DNA of 62,731 nucleotides, counting the filler, from Stramenopiles sp. TOSAG23-3 (lineage: Eukaryota): the NCBI GenBank assembly GCA_900128585.1. It is 44 parts of 44 records of this genome, joined end to end, with 100 filler letters (N's around TTAATTAATTAA, not from the genome) between each part and the next. Parts side by side here need not be neighbours in the genome. Positions count along the whole stretch, not along the records: positions 1 to 1,338 come from LT646009.1; positions 1,439 to 2,776 come from LT646010.1; positions 2,877 to 4,213 come from LT646011.1; positions 4,314 to 5,650 come from LT646012.1; positions 5,751 to 7,087 come from LT646013.1; positions 7,188 to 8,523 come from LT646014.1; positions 8,624 to 9,958 come from LT646015.1; positions 10,059 to 11,393 come from LT646016.1; 36 more parts are not named here. One strand, written 5' to 3'. The notes under the pieces were generated by a model. That model worked only from the letters and a program-made list of their open reading frames with translations. It did not search any database and was not told where the DNA came from. A program made the translations under genes and the position numbers. Below are positions 1 to 11,493 of the stretch, in pieces; the stretch's first letter is position 1, and each line of letters begins with the position of its first letter.

Positions 1-680
1 TATATAATAAAGAGATCATCTATGCTGTTTAATTTTAATGAAAATACTTATTACTTCTATAAATATAGTGACAACGTATTCTTCCATTATAAAATAGCCT
101 ATCAAGTATTTTTTAATTCTTTCTTCTTCTTTTTTTTTAAATTCTTCTTTATTATACTTCTATCTTCTATCTTCTATTCTTTTTTTACTGTATTAAAATT
201 CTTCTTTTTTCTTTTAATTCTTTCTTTTTTTAATTCTTCTTCTTATATAGTACTGTACAGTACATTATACTATATCATTATTTAAATATTTTAAATATCA
301 TCTACGTATCATTATCCTCCATTCATTCTTCTCTCTTCTTCTCGATTATTCATTCTTCTTCTTCAACAACACAACAACAACAACACCTCAAACAAAGAAG
401 AAAATAATAAAATAATAATAATAATAATTGGTTTAAAAAAAAATAATACAAAAAAAAGTCAAGAAGAAGAGAAGAGTTTGTGCATGTAAGAGAGGAGAGA
501 GACACCATACATGTTTAAGAAGAAAAGATAAAGTAAATGAACATCTACCGAAGAATTCACTTCTTTCTTAGTGTTATATTTCATTGGAACGTAAGTATAA
601 ATTCATTCTTTCTTTTTTTTTCTGTGTATTCTTTTGTTCTGTTCTCATGCTAACAATGTCTACCACCCACCGTTTCGAAT

Positions 681-962
681 AATGTACAGGAAGGGTTTCG
701 AGCCGTATTTACAACTTTTTGTTGTGGGCTTGGGGAAAGTCCCCGGACAACTTGGCAGAGAGTGCCAGCCGTAAAGGTCACCCTCCATTGGTACGTGGCG
801 CCGTGGCGATGAAGGCATTTGCCCGAGTCCTGCCGCACGCCTTTGGTTGAGTTCGTCATAGCAAAGTTATACCCTTGGGCGGCTCGCTGTTTTCGGACGG
901 CGGGCCTGCCTAACAGAACGGGGCTTACATTCCAGTGTTCTGTAGCACTCACTACATTTTTT
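681..962 (+). ncRNA. RMRP: RNase MRP RNA
   Basis: CR-I GGGGAAAGTCCCCGGAC (732-748); P8 hairpin TGGCA-GAGAG-TGCCA with the MRP-diagnostic GARAR loop (753-767); CR-IV AAGTTAT (864-870); CR-V AACAGAACGGGGCTTAC (912-928), which completes P4; P2 AAGGGT (691-696) pairs with ACCCTT (871-876); P3 at 700-731; P19 hairpin with UUCG loop at 877-911; T6 run at 957-962. Ends approximate. Confidence 0.92.
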
Positions 963-1092
963 GGACCACGCCGACTTGCGCAACGTCAAGGTTTGACTCC
1001 TTGATGGTTCCTTTGTTCCCCTTTTAAAATTAAGTACAGTTTTGATCTAAAACTAATAAAAGCTACATAAGAATATTTTTGGTTTTTTTACA

Positions 1093-1299
1093 TTACGCCT
1101 CGGTGGCCTCTTCGTCCTCAGCGGTGTCCTCCTCCGGCCCTTTTCGTGCACTTTCGATCAAGTCTTTTATCTTGTTTAACTCTCCTAGCAAATCCGAAAG
1201 CTGGCCCTTCGTCATCTGAAATTGTACACTACTTGTCGGGTCACTAGGCCCCTTCTTCCCCGTCTTCAACTCCACCAACGCAACGGGTTCCCCTAAGTT
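1093..1299 (-). CDS. COMM-domain protein (COMMD1-like), last exon
   Basis: NLGEPVALVELKTG...VQFQMTKGQLSDLLGELNKIKDLIES resembles the COMM domain C-terminus; an in-frame TAG acceptor at 1302-1300 precedes the exon. Confidence 0.6.
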   Translation of the reverse strand, partial: NLGEPVALVELKTGKKGPSDPTSSVQFQMTKGQLSDLLGELNKIKDLIESARKGPEEDTAEDEEATEA

Positions 1300-1338
1300 C
1301 TAGTCAAAATTCCAATTGGCAAGTAAACGGAATAAACT

Positions 1339-1438
1339 NNNNNNNNNNNNNNNNNNNNNNNNNNNNNNNNNNNNNNNNNNNNTTAATTAATTAANNNNNN
1401 NNNNNNNNNNNNNNNNNNNNNNNNNNNNNNNNNNNNNN
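1339..1438. other. Artificial contig linker N44-TTAATTAATTAA-N44 (first of 43 copies)
   Basis: Identical 100-nt spacer with stops in all six frames about every 1.42-1.44 kb; contig lengths fall steadily. Confidence 0.99.
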
Positions 1439-2043
1439 ATACCTGTGGCCTTACGAACCAAGGCAAGATCGAATGTTTTGGTTATGATTTCTCAGGTGAA
1501 ACCAATGGTGGTTATCCGAAATCAGCATCCAACGGAGAAAGGTTCGTTCAAGTGAGTGCTGGCTCTTACCATACCTGTGGCCTTACGAACCAAGGCAAGA
1601 TCGAATGTTTTGGTCGTAATGTGGGCGGTAGTACCAATGGTGGTAAACCCTACGCGCTGACGTCTCCCAAAGGACATTCTCTTAACCGTGGAGTAGTAAA
1701 GCCGTGCCCTAAAGGCACTTTTGCAGATATGATGGATCTACATTCTTGCAAACAGTGTGATCCAGGAACCTACAACGACCAGAGCGCTCACACGAAATGT
1801 AAAGTCTGTGATCCAGGATTTTACCAGTCGAAACAAGGACAATCACGATGTGCTGAGTGCAAGTTTGGAACATACGCAAACAAAGAAACCCAGGCAACCC
1901 GTTGCAAACAATGTGATCCAGGAACCTACAACGACCAGAGCGCTCAAACGAAATGTAAAGTCTGTGATCCAGGATTTTACCAGTCGGAACAAGGACAGAG
2001 GTCACGATTCACATGTACTCCTTCTATCATAAGACGATGTTGA
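1439..2043 (+). CDS. RCC1/BLIP-II repeat plus Cys-rich (ephrin-receptor-like/GCC2-GCC3) repeat surface protein, 5' partial
   Basis: Duplicated FVQVSAGSYHTCGLTNQGKIECFG units, then CxxCxPGT(Y/F) repeats with a near-perfect 156-nt duplication. Confidence 0.75.
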
Positions 2044-2498
2044 ACATTACGGCACCTGCGGAAAGTTTTGAAAACAGATGATTAAATTATCCACACTCGG
2101 TTAAAAAATATTTTTGATGCATCCAAAGTTTAAGTTACTTGTTAATTATCGATTTGTTGAATACAGATCACCTCTAATATCATAACAAAAACAAAAAACA
2201 TTATCACCTGGGTAGAAGTTCATATAACACCGACAAACAAACGAAAAAAGAAAACAATTGATATAAAGTAAAATTTGTTTTTTTTTTAAGAAAGCGTCTA
2301 AAAACATATCATATGATATTCTGTACAATTTGTTTTCTTTTTTCATTATGTCATATCATACCCAAACATCACTGGCGGTGACTTGAATTCTATCATAACA
2401 TGTAACATAAGCCTAGAGTTTATGATGGAATACATAACTTACTTATACAATTAATTGTGGTTAATGTGACCACTTGTTTCTGCTGAGAACATTTATGG

Positions 2499-2776
2499 CT
2501 AGCCACAATCTCCACCATCCATTGAACAGGCTTCCGACAAACAGTCCAGCCCACACACACCATCTCCCACGAAAATGTCTAAACATGTCGATGAGCACTG
2601 TGCCGTGCAGTAGCTTCTCTCGCCTACATCACTGCAAATCGGATTTCCATGCAACCAAACATTTTGTATGTCCTCTAGGTTAGAAACAGTCATGAGCTTA
2701 TTGTGCCTAGCATCCAACCGGGTCAAATGTGGCATCACCGGAAAATACGAGAGGTTGTTATTTGGTATATAGAGCC
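2499..2776 (-). CDS. LRR plus C-terminal LNR (Lin-12/Notch) repeat protein, 5' partial
   Basis: LYIPNNNLSYFP, LTRLDARHNKL and VWLHGNPIC LRRs, followed by VGDGVCGLDCLSEACSMDGGDC. Confidence 0.75.
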
Positions 2777-2876
2777 NNNNNNNNNNNNNNNNNNNNNNNN
2801 NNNNNNNNNNNNNNNNNNNNTTAATTAATTAANNNNNNNNNNNNNNNNNNNNNNNNNNNNNNNNNNNNNNNNNNNN

Positions 2877-4213
2877 GTACGAAGAAAGCACCGAAGAGAA
2901 AGAAGCCGTCCACGTTTCTAGAATTCGTGCTTGGATGGAACAACGCAGGGGTTTGGTTGCGGTCCTTTCGGCCATTTTTTCTGCCATTGTGTTCGTAGCT
3001 ATCCCAATTGTTTTTGTAGACAGCGAGGCCGGGCTGAAGAACGGGGACGGGTACGTACCGTATTTGTCTGCACTGGTATTCGTGGGCGTGTTGCAGTTCT
3101 ACGCAAATATAGTTGTGACGTCTAAAAGATTCAAACGAAACAATAAGCAATCAAAAAAGCTGAGTCGATACAGACTGTTTATGCTTATGTTTAGTGTAAT
3201 TGTGGTGTCCTTCATGAACTTAAAACTCGAACCCAGTTCGATTGACTCAGTCCGTACGACTCGGGCAACTGCTGGATTAGGAAACTGCTCCCTGCTGGAA
3301 AGAATTCCAAAGAATGTTATTCAGTTTGAACTTCAAGAGCAAAACCTAAAGAGACACATGCTCTACCATCCAGTAAAAGGGGCTGAGTTCGCTCTTGTGT
3401 ACAAGTACGAGGAAGCGACCTTAGACGCAATGTCTACCTTCATTCAATTTATTTACGGAGTTGAATACAGCAAAGATGAAATTGCTGTACATTTAACTGA
3501 AACGTGTAAAGTTGCAGTCAACTCATTTTTGTTATCATCCCTTTTCACGCCATGTGACGAATTCTGCAGAGAGTCGGTTATGATCTGCAAACATGCGTGT
3601 GATAACTTTCCTTGCATTGAAAAAGCAAAAGGCTTGATGGACAATATTCACTTTAACCCTGATGTCATATGGGATAATTATAAGGTTTTGATTTCGACAA
3701 TGATAATCCCCGTTCTCCAACGAACGTATGGCATTGACGACAAAGAGTTAGAGGAGCAATGGGCCGAGCAGTTTGTTAAAGTTACCATCCAACGCTTTGT
3801 TGATGGGCTCAAGGGGATGCTCGATGGAACCAAATGCGTGATGAGGAGTAACACGTCTTCCAACAGTTGTTTCGAGTTCAACGGTGGTACGTACATCGCA
3901 GATCGAGAACAGGCCCAATTCAACTCACCAAAAGGTCTAAACTGTAGCATGAAAAATTACTACAATGAAGAGCGACAAGGAACGCGTATCTCTGAATCTG
4001 TACATGGGTCTTTAACAGCGATACCTTGGTGGTGCTTTTACATTATCGTTGCGGGGTTTTATTTTCACCAATTAAGCATTCTCAAGGTTTGGGCAGTGCA
4101 CGGCAGTAAGTTTTCTAGAAAATCTCAGAAGCAGAATTACTTTACACTCACTCCCAAGCAGCGTTGGTTCCTTGGATTTTTGTCTTTCCTAACTTTCGTT
4201 TACGGGCTCGCCA
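2877..4213 (+). CDS. Multi-pass membrane protein with a large Cys-rich (Frizzled-CRD-like) loop, partial
   Basis: About 3 N-terminal hydrophobic helices, CKVAVNSFLLSSLFTPC..C....CKHAC...C, then further TM helices; ORF spans the contig. Confidence 0.5.
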
Positions 4214-4404
4214 NNNNNNNNNNNNNNNNNNNNNNNNNNNNNNNNNNNNNNNNNNNNTTAATTAATTAANNNNNNNNNNNNNNNNNNNNNNNNNNNNNNN
4301 NNNNNNNNNNNNNATATTTTTTCTTTAAAAAGAAGCTCTTACGTATAGTTGAAACGAACTAACTAAGAGGATAGTTCGGCATTTAGACTGTGTGTTGTAT
4401 ATAC

Positions 4405-4854
4405 ATGGGCTGGTCATTAGAGCAGCAGTCCGCGCTGGAACAGGCGCTGGAAAGTTCAAAGCATCCAGACTCGAAATCTACTAGTGTTGAAAAGAAACAG
4501 TTTTGGGAGAACATCGCCTCCCAGGTCAAAAGCAAGACGGCCGAGCAATGCTTTGAGCGATTTAAGACTGTGCGAAAAAACTTAAATAGTTCCAAGCCCA
4601 ATGATACGAAAGCCGTAAAGCAGTGGACACCAAAAGAAATCGAAAAATTTCAAGTAGCACTTCGAAAGCACCGTACTGTAGCTATTCCGGACCGCTGGGG
4701 CAAAATTGCGGAGGACATGCCTGGTCGTACGGCAGGCGATTGCGAACATGCTTATAGGGAGATTGCGAAAAGTATTAAGACGGGACAGCCCCTATCGATA
4801 GCGAAAAATGTAAAGCTGGTCGACAGTAACAGTGCCACCAATGTAAATAAATAA
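4405..4854 (+). CDS. Tandem SANT/Myb-domain protein (similar to the DNAJC2 C-terminus)
   Basis: WSLEQQSALEQAL...WENIASQVKSKTAEQCFERF and WTPKEIEKFQVAL...DRWGKIAEDMPGRTAGDC. Confidence 0.8.
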   Translation: MGWSLEQQSALEQALESSKHPDSKSTSVEKKQFWENIASQVKSKTAEQCFERFKTVRKNLNSSKPNDTKAVKQWTPKEIEKFQVALRKHRTVAIPDRWGKIAEDMPGRTAGDCEHAYREIAKSIKTGQPLSIAKNVKLVDSNSATNVNK

Positions 4855-5050
4855 AGACTATCATAGGTTCGTTCATTTCTAATTTAATTCTTAAGAATTA
4901 ATTTACGTCAATTTCTAAGTTCAATATAGGGCACCAATACATGGTATTAAGAATCTTATGCTTTTTATTATATTAAGGATCATTATTATATGACATAAAT
5001 TATCATACCTTACGACGCTTCAGAAGCACTTTTCGCAACAACGGCCGGCT

Positions 5051-5650
5051 TCAAAACAGCAATGTGAGGTATGAAAATAGTAAATTTATAATCAATAAAC
5101 CAGTCCCGATTCTGAGAACAAGGTGAATTCTGTGACGAGTGTTAGCCCCGTTCTGGGACCATATGGACATCAAGATAGCCACAACGTGCTGTCCATCAAA
5201 ATGGTAAATTGGAAGCGAGTTCATTCCTGCCAAACTGACATTTACGAGGATAAAGTACTGAAGTTGCCGTGCCCACAAGACCAAACCATGATTGATGAAA
5301 CCCATCCGCTTAAATTCTTCGTTGGGCGAGAGGGCCGTGCTATTTACAGCAGAATTGTTGGCAACTATAGAACGAGTGAAGGTATTCAAAAGCATACCAT
5401 TCATATACAACAGGACGAAGCACACAGAGGAGAAAACGACGTTGTGCCAAATGCCACCAAAAAAGACGTCAAGACGAGCCGAAACATTTAAAGGTCGGAG
5501 CACTTCCTTGTCAAACCGAACAAACGCCGCAGGAACAAATGGGCCTACCAAAAGAAACCCACAAGCTTCCGCCTGCATTCCATGAACCGCCAGTGCCATT
5601 GCGTGGCCAGCTTCATGAACTATTAGTCCAACCGCAAGGGCCACCCATAT
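5051..5650 (-). CDS. Site-2 protease (peptidase M50, MBTPS2-like), 5' partial
   Basis: HEAGH zinc motif, GGIWHN and NSLPIYHFDG (NxxPxxxxDG). Confidence 0.88.
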   Translation of the reverse strand: MWVALAVGLIVHEAGHAMALAVHGMQAEACGFLLVGPFVPAAFVRFDKEVLRPLNVSARLDVFFGGIWHNVVFSSVCFVLLYMNGMLLNTFTRSIVANNSAVNSTALSPNEEFKRMGFINHGLVLWARQLQYFILVNVSLAGMNSLPIYHFDGQHVVAILMSIWSQNGANTRHRIHLVLRIGTGLLIINLLFSYLTLLF

Positions 5651-5750
5651 NNNNNNNNNNNNNNNNNNNNNNNNNNNNNNNNNNNNNNNNNNNNTTAATT
5701 AATTAANNNNNNNNNNNNNNNNNNNNNNNNNNNNNNNNNNNNNNNNNNNN

Positions 5751-6879
5751 GGAGGGGGTTGGGCTCATGCCGTGGCCTCCTCCCCCGTTGGTTAAATTAT
5801 TCTGAATGGACGGTGTTGGGCTCATGCCGTGGCCTCCTCCCCCGTTCGTTATATTGGTTTGAATGGAGGGGGTTGGGCTCATGCCGCCAACTTGAAACCC
5901 ATGCGAAGGTGGTGCTTCTTCCGTCAAGACTCGAAACATAGATGCTGAATATTCATTGCCATCAACCCGTATCCTCAGTGTTCTATTTTTAAAAAATAAT
6001 TCCATGACAATCCCATTTACTAGTTGGTCAAAATTACTATTGTTAAAAGCTACACTGTTACTGACGCGATCTCCTACACGTATTCCACGCTTATGGAATA
6101 CCAAGTCTCGCGTAAATATTTGTATTGATCGTGTTTTCTGACCGCCGTCGTCAAGCCAGTTCCAAGTTATCATAATTCCGTTTATGTTTGTTATTACAGC
6201 ATTTCTACCGGTATAATTCTTATTGTCTTTCCAAATGTCTCCGGGTACGATGGGTAGGCCAGTTATATTGGTTTGAATGGACGGTGTTGGGCTCATGCCG
6301 TGGCCTCCTCCCCCGTTCGTTATATTGATTTGAATGGAGGGCGTTGGTGAATGGCCGCTTGCATTTCCGCTTGAAGGTGTCGCAGGCGAGGGCGTTGGTG
6401 AATGGCCGCTTGCATTTCCGCTTGGAGGTGTCGTGGTCGCCACTGACGTGGCTGTCGTTGTTACGGACGCATTTACAGTTGGACCTGTCGAGGAAGTCGT
6501 TGTTGCCACAGTTGCGGTAGCATTGGTGCTCTTGTTGGTCACCATTGGTGTGGCTGTCGTTGTTACGGACGCATTTACAGTTGGACCTTACGGACGCATT
6601 TACAGTTGGACCTGTCGAGGAAGTCGTTGTTGCTACAGTTGCGGTAGCATTGGTGCTCTTGTTGGTCGCCATTGGTGTGGCTGTCGTTGTTACGGACGCA
6701 TTTACAGTTGGACCTGTCGAGGAAGTCGTTGTTGCTACAGTTGCAGTAGCATTGGTGCTCTTGTTGGTCGCCATTGGTGTGGCTGTCGTTGTTACGGACG
6801 CATTTACAGTTGCATTGCTGGAAGCATTAACACTTATGCTTGCGAACACCGTTAGCCAGAAAAGGCTCAGACGTAGCAT
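5751..6879 (-). CDS. Secreted Thr/Ser-rich mucin-like repeat protein with a frameshift near 6588, 3' partial
   Basis: Signal peptide MLRLSLFWLTVFASISVNA; 34-aa T-rich repeats with NxS/T sequons; GGGHGMSPTPSIQ repeats; a 25-nt tandem duplication (6564-6613) breaks the frame. Confidence 0.7.
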
Positions 6880-7233
6880 TGTTGACGGTGTGGCGAGAGT
6901 TGCTCGCGTCGTTTCTTTCCGGAATAAAATTGCAAAGAAAGTAAATTCAAATTGATTCACTATTTAACTTATTTTTCCACAAATATCACTGTTAGTCGGT
7001 ATGCAATATTTTTAACCCTTCTTCTTCATGATTACCAAAATAGGTATGTACAATTGTTGTCAATTGTAAGCGGAATCTTTGTTCATTNNNNNNNNNNNNN
7101 NNNNNNNNNNNNNNNNNNNNNNNNNNNNNNNTTAATTAATTAANNNNNNNNNNNNNNNNNNNNNNNNNNNNNNNNNNNNNNNNNNNNCACTTTTCTGTTA
7201 GCAATTTAGTGTTATAAATTAGGGTATTATATT

Positions 7234-8330
7234 TCAACTTTTGTCCTTAATTATCATATAACCGGATACTACAAAATTTACCCAGATCAAGTAAAGATAA
7301 CCAACCACTATGAATATGCCGAGAAAGGGAAAGTTCATGGTAGTGCAGTGGCATCTCAATGTGTTTTGTTTTGTCAATTTGATGCTGTAAGACAAATGCC
7401 ACAATGTGCAGAGCAAGAACATACTCATGTTGATGATGAACTCTGTATTTTCAAGTCGAGGATTGATATCCTGATCTTTGAGCATAAGTTTGAAGTCTTT
7501 CGTGGTTTTATCTTCTATGTACAAGTGTACGTAATACCATCTAGCATCGTAATAGTTTAAGACTTCAACTACTAGACCGTATAAACGAAGCACTGCTTTT
7601 TCAGTCTTTAATCCCGGTATAATCCATATTTTGCTTTCATTAACAAAGCTATCTCATCTACATTCACCGGTGAATATTCAGGGCAGGTGTATTCTTCTGC
7701 GTATTTAATAGCCGGCGATGAAATATGGATACCATTTTTGTAATTGGCGTTTGTACTCCTAGGATTAAGCGATGTAGTATTACATCGTTTCGTCCAAGAG
7801 CTTGGTTCAATAAGTGCCGTAACTCGCATCACTTTAAATCGATCTCCAAAAAATTCTGGATTATCGATGATTTCTTTCATTTTTTTTATTCCCCAAGCAT
7901 TAAATTCGACCCGTTCAAATTGATAGGAATTTTGCAGACAATGTGTATTTCTCTCATTTCTTATGCATGTATGAATAGTCTTACTTTCTCATAATTGCTT
8001 TTACTTTCCAATTAATTATCAGTGAGGGGGGTTTCTTTAATTATTTATTTTTGTAAAATAAGTCACTTACATCCATAGAGCATTGAAATCTATAATTTAA
8101 AACTCTTGATTGGTGAATTATGATATTGTGTATACACATATGAGATACTAAAGATACAAAAATATGAACAGAAGATGTTCAATGCTGTGTATATCTACAG
8201 GACTAAAGTTGTGTAAAATGAGTCGTTGCAATACTGTTGTAGTGTTATATTATTGACTCCATGAGTACAATATGGTGGTATACTTTTTGTGTCTTTGTTC
8301 CTATACAAATATAGCACATGCCAATGCTGT
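7234..8330 (-). pseudogene. Degenerate membrane-protein gene
   Basis: Consecutive protein-like segments in shifting frames (e.g. ...WIIPGLKTEKAVLRLYGLVVE... continuing into hydrophobic helices), interrupted by stops. Confidence 0.3.
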
Positions 8331-9190
8331 GTAGGTGTACAAATCCTCCACCCTGACAAAATAAAAAGAAAAGAAACCTCCTCATAAATGAATTTATGAA
8401 GTGCATTTAATTTATTAGAAATTGACTAGAAAGTAAGAGTATTCATAAATGTATAAGAAATGGGAGAAATATGCATTTTCTGCCCAATTCCTTCGAGGGG
8501 GAACAAAAGCAAGTATAGGAGACNNNNNNNNNNNNNNNNNNNNNNNNNNNNNNNNNNNNNNNNNNNNTTAATTAATTAANNNNNNNNNNNNNNNNNNNNN
8601 NNNNNNNNNNNNNNNNNNNNNNNATATATATAATAATACAATACAACAGAGAATTCAAAAAGTGACCATTCTTCTACTAAAGATAATAAATACTTAAGTT
8701 TAGAAGAAGCAACAAATGATCTTTGATTTCGATACTGTGCTAATGTTACGGGTAAAAGGAAATAAAAACCCTGATAAAAAGAGCAAATACGGCGGTACAG
8801 GTTCACCATAACGAAGTAACTGCTTCTTCAGTAAAAAAAAAATAATAAAAAATAATTATTATTATTAATATTTTTAATGTAAATATAATGTAATAATAAA
8901 GCCAATAATCTTCTTCTTCTCTTCCCAACCCAATGACTATGGTATCTAGGTCGTGGTGTGCAGTATCTATAATTCAGAAGTCATCAAAGAGAAGAAGGTG
9001 GTGGAGGAGGATTTGGAGATGAAAAGGAGAAGTTCACAGTAGCATGTTTAGAGGAGGCTCCTGTGTTGCGCCATTTTACAAAATACAAAATTCAGCCTGG
9101 GCACTTTTTCCAGATCCAGAATCAGAAGTTGTTCACAAACTCCCTTATAAATATTGAACGCATCTTTACGAGGATTGGCACTGTTAAGGT

Positions 9191-9958
9191 ATGTTTCCTC
9201 GCAGCACGCGTGACATTACGCCCAACACACGGGCACTCTTTTCCCCGCGGGAGTTAACAAAAAGCAAAACCTACGTTAAACCATCCACCTTTGTTGTTCA
9301 CCACAAACATGATCATCGTGTAAAAAACGCTACCACGCGCACAGACCGTGAAGACCACAACCACTTCTACGGGGAATCAGAAGGAGCCCATTGTAGGAGT
9401 GCACAGATATCAACTGCACGACGAGCATACCAAAACCCTACTGAAGCAGATACCTCTATGATTGCAAGGGTTGACTACGGTAACGGAAAGGAGATCTTTA
9501 GTGGTGGAAAGTCAATCGATCAGAGTAAGTTTTATGTGGGAGGGTCGTACCACCCGACGTCTTTTACGATGCGTGCAGAACAGAAAAGAGGCAGAGCGTG
9601 CCCCGGGTTTACCCCATCGCGTTATAGACAAAGCATACGAGGGCGTATTTGGAATACTGATGAGACGGGCAACTTAGTCAGAAGCCCACAGGAGCGTCAC
9701 CCGAACGATCTTGGCATTGGCGACTTGCAAGAATTTCAAACATATTCCCCCCGTCCTCCGAAGTCGAATACACCCCCGTGGGAAAAGAAATCAAAAGCAC
9801 TTGCCCAAGCCAACGCCAAGCATAGGGTAACCATGCGACGGACAGATAGCCCGAGGGCAAATAAACATTTGACGACCTGTGTAAAGACGCACGATGTTGA
9901 ACACAGTCCCCGCCGCTCTAGATCATGGAAAAAGAACCCCCCGCATCAGCCGCAACAA
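9191..9958 (+). CDS. Hypothetical basic, largely disordered protein, 3' partial
   Basis: 256 open codons with coding-like composition; no recognised domain. Confidence 0.55.
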
Positions 9959-10058
9959 NNNNNNNNNNNNNNNNNNNNNNNNNNNNNNNNNNNNNNNNNN
10001 NNTTAATTAATTAANNNNNNNNNNNNNNNNNNNNNNNNNNNNNNNNNNNNNNNNNNNN

Positions 10059-10568
10059 GCCGAGCGAAAAGAAAATGAGCTCCAGACGAAAGTCGAGGAG
10101 GAAGCGCGCCGCCGTCAGGAGGCCGACCGGTTGGAGGCGGAGAAGGCCGCAACGCTCGCTGCGGAGAAGAAAGCGAGGGACGAGGCCGAGGAGAAAGCGG
10201 CGAAGAAAGCCGCCGAGGAGGACGCCGCTGCTGCCGCCGCCGCTGCACAGGTGGAGGAGGAAGAGGACGAGTACGGGGACGACTTTGAGTCGAGCAAAGG
10301 CGAAGGATCTAAGATTTTGACGGAGCCCAGCGTCGTCGCCGGGGACGAGGATGAATACGGGGACGACGATTTCGAGTCGAGCGCCATTCTCGACGAAACC
10401 CCGTCGAAGATCTCGTCCTCGATCAGCAAGGTGGAAACGGACGAAGTCGACGATTACGCGGACGACTTTGAGAACAGCGTCAGCAGTCCTCCGAAGGGCG
10501 GGAGCATCAAAGCCAGCGATTCCCAAATCTCCGATGCGTACGGGGACGACTTTGAGCTGAGCGACTGA
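10059..10568 (+). CDS. C-terminus of a helical/acidic protein with repeated Y(G/A)DD(D)FE motifs, 5' partial
   Basis: EAEK/AA helix, then EYGDDFES, EYGDDDFES, DYADDFEN and AYGDDFEL. Confidence 0.65.
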   Translation, partial: AERKENELQTKVEEEARRRQEADRLEAEKAATLAAEKKARDEAEEKAAKKAAEEDAAAAAAAAQVEEEEDEYGDDFESSKGEGSKILTEPSVVAGDEDEYGDDDFESSAILDETPSKISSSISKVETDEVDDYADDFENSVSSPPKGGSIKASDSQISDAYGDDFELSD

Positions 10569-10740
10569 CGGCAATTTGCACACACCATTTAAATTAGAGA
10601 GGGGGGGAATTTATCAAACTGTTACACTTAGGAATATTTCTTACACGCGCTCTTCTGTACGTTACACGATACTGTAAAATTCAAACACCACTCCCTTCCA
10701 AGAGGACGATGGGAATGACTACGAACTATTACTTTTTAAA

Positions 10741-11393
10741 TCAGAGCTTACAGATCCTCCACTGGGAGTACGGGATGTGGAAGGCCCGCTCCAGGACAAC
10801 GTAGCTCGAAACGTTGTACACGAGGTCGGCCTCGTCCTCCAACTGAATATCATTGTCCGTGCCAGCCCCAAAAAATGTCTCCGTCGCTTGGCGGGCTGAG
10901 CCGTACTGCCCGAACGCGGCCGGCCTGTCCCACCGTGCCTGCTTCGTTCCCGTGTGCCAGTAATAGGTCCGTCCGCTCTCATTGTCCAGCGCCTCCCTCC
11001 ACTCGCCGACTGCCGCGCCCTCCTTGATGGCCTTCGTCTTTGCGGTCGGAAGCTTCATCTTGGTGCTCCGCTTCATCTCGCAGTTGATTTTAAGCGTGCA
11101 CTGTGCAAATATCTTGTCCCTGTCTGCCTCGTCGACGGGAACAAGGCGCATTTGCAGAAGCTTCGCAGGGTCCCCAAGCCGGACGAACTCTAACGGGTGT
11201 TCGAACGTGCTCGTCAGTGCCCAGTTCTGCTTGACGCCCTTCTTCAGGGAGGCCGCGAACGTATCCGTGGCGATCGCATCGAGCTTGCTGTGCCGTCCCT
11301 TCTTGTAAAGGGTGTGCAGGGACGTGAACATGTCCTCGGCTATGTTCCCAATCGTGGTCGGTTCAAAATCATCAAACTTTTGCCTCATCTTTG
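10741..11393 (-). CDS. Tim44/mL45 (MRPL45/Mba1)-like domain with an inserted WW domain, 5' partial
   Basis: FAQCTLKI and YVVLERAFHIPYSQWRI match the Tim44-fold C-terminus of mL45; WREALDNESGRTYYWHTGTKQARWDRP is a canonical WW domain. Confidence 0.75.
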
Positions 11394-11493
11394 NNNNNNN
11401 NNNNNNNNNNNNNNNNNNNNNNNNNNNNNNNNNNNNNTTAATTAATTAANNNNNNNNNNNNNNNNNNNNNNNNNNNNNNNNNNNNNNNNNNNN

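Noticed and set aside
650..1004. ORFs 650-952 (-) and 819-1004 (+)
   Set aside because: Shadow ORFs over the RNase MRP RNA gene.
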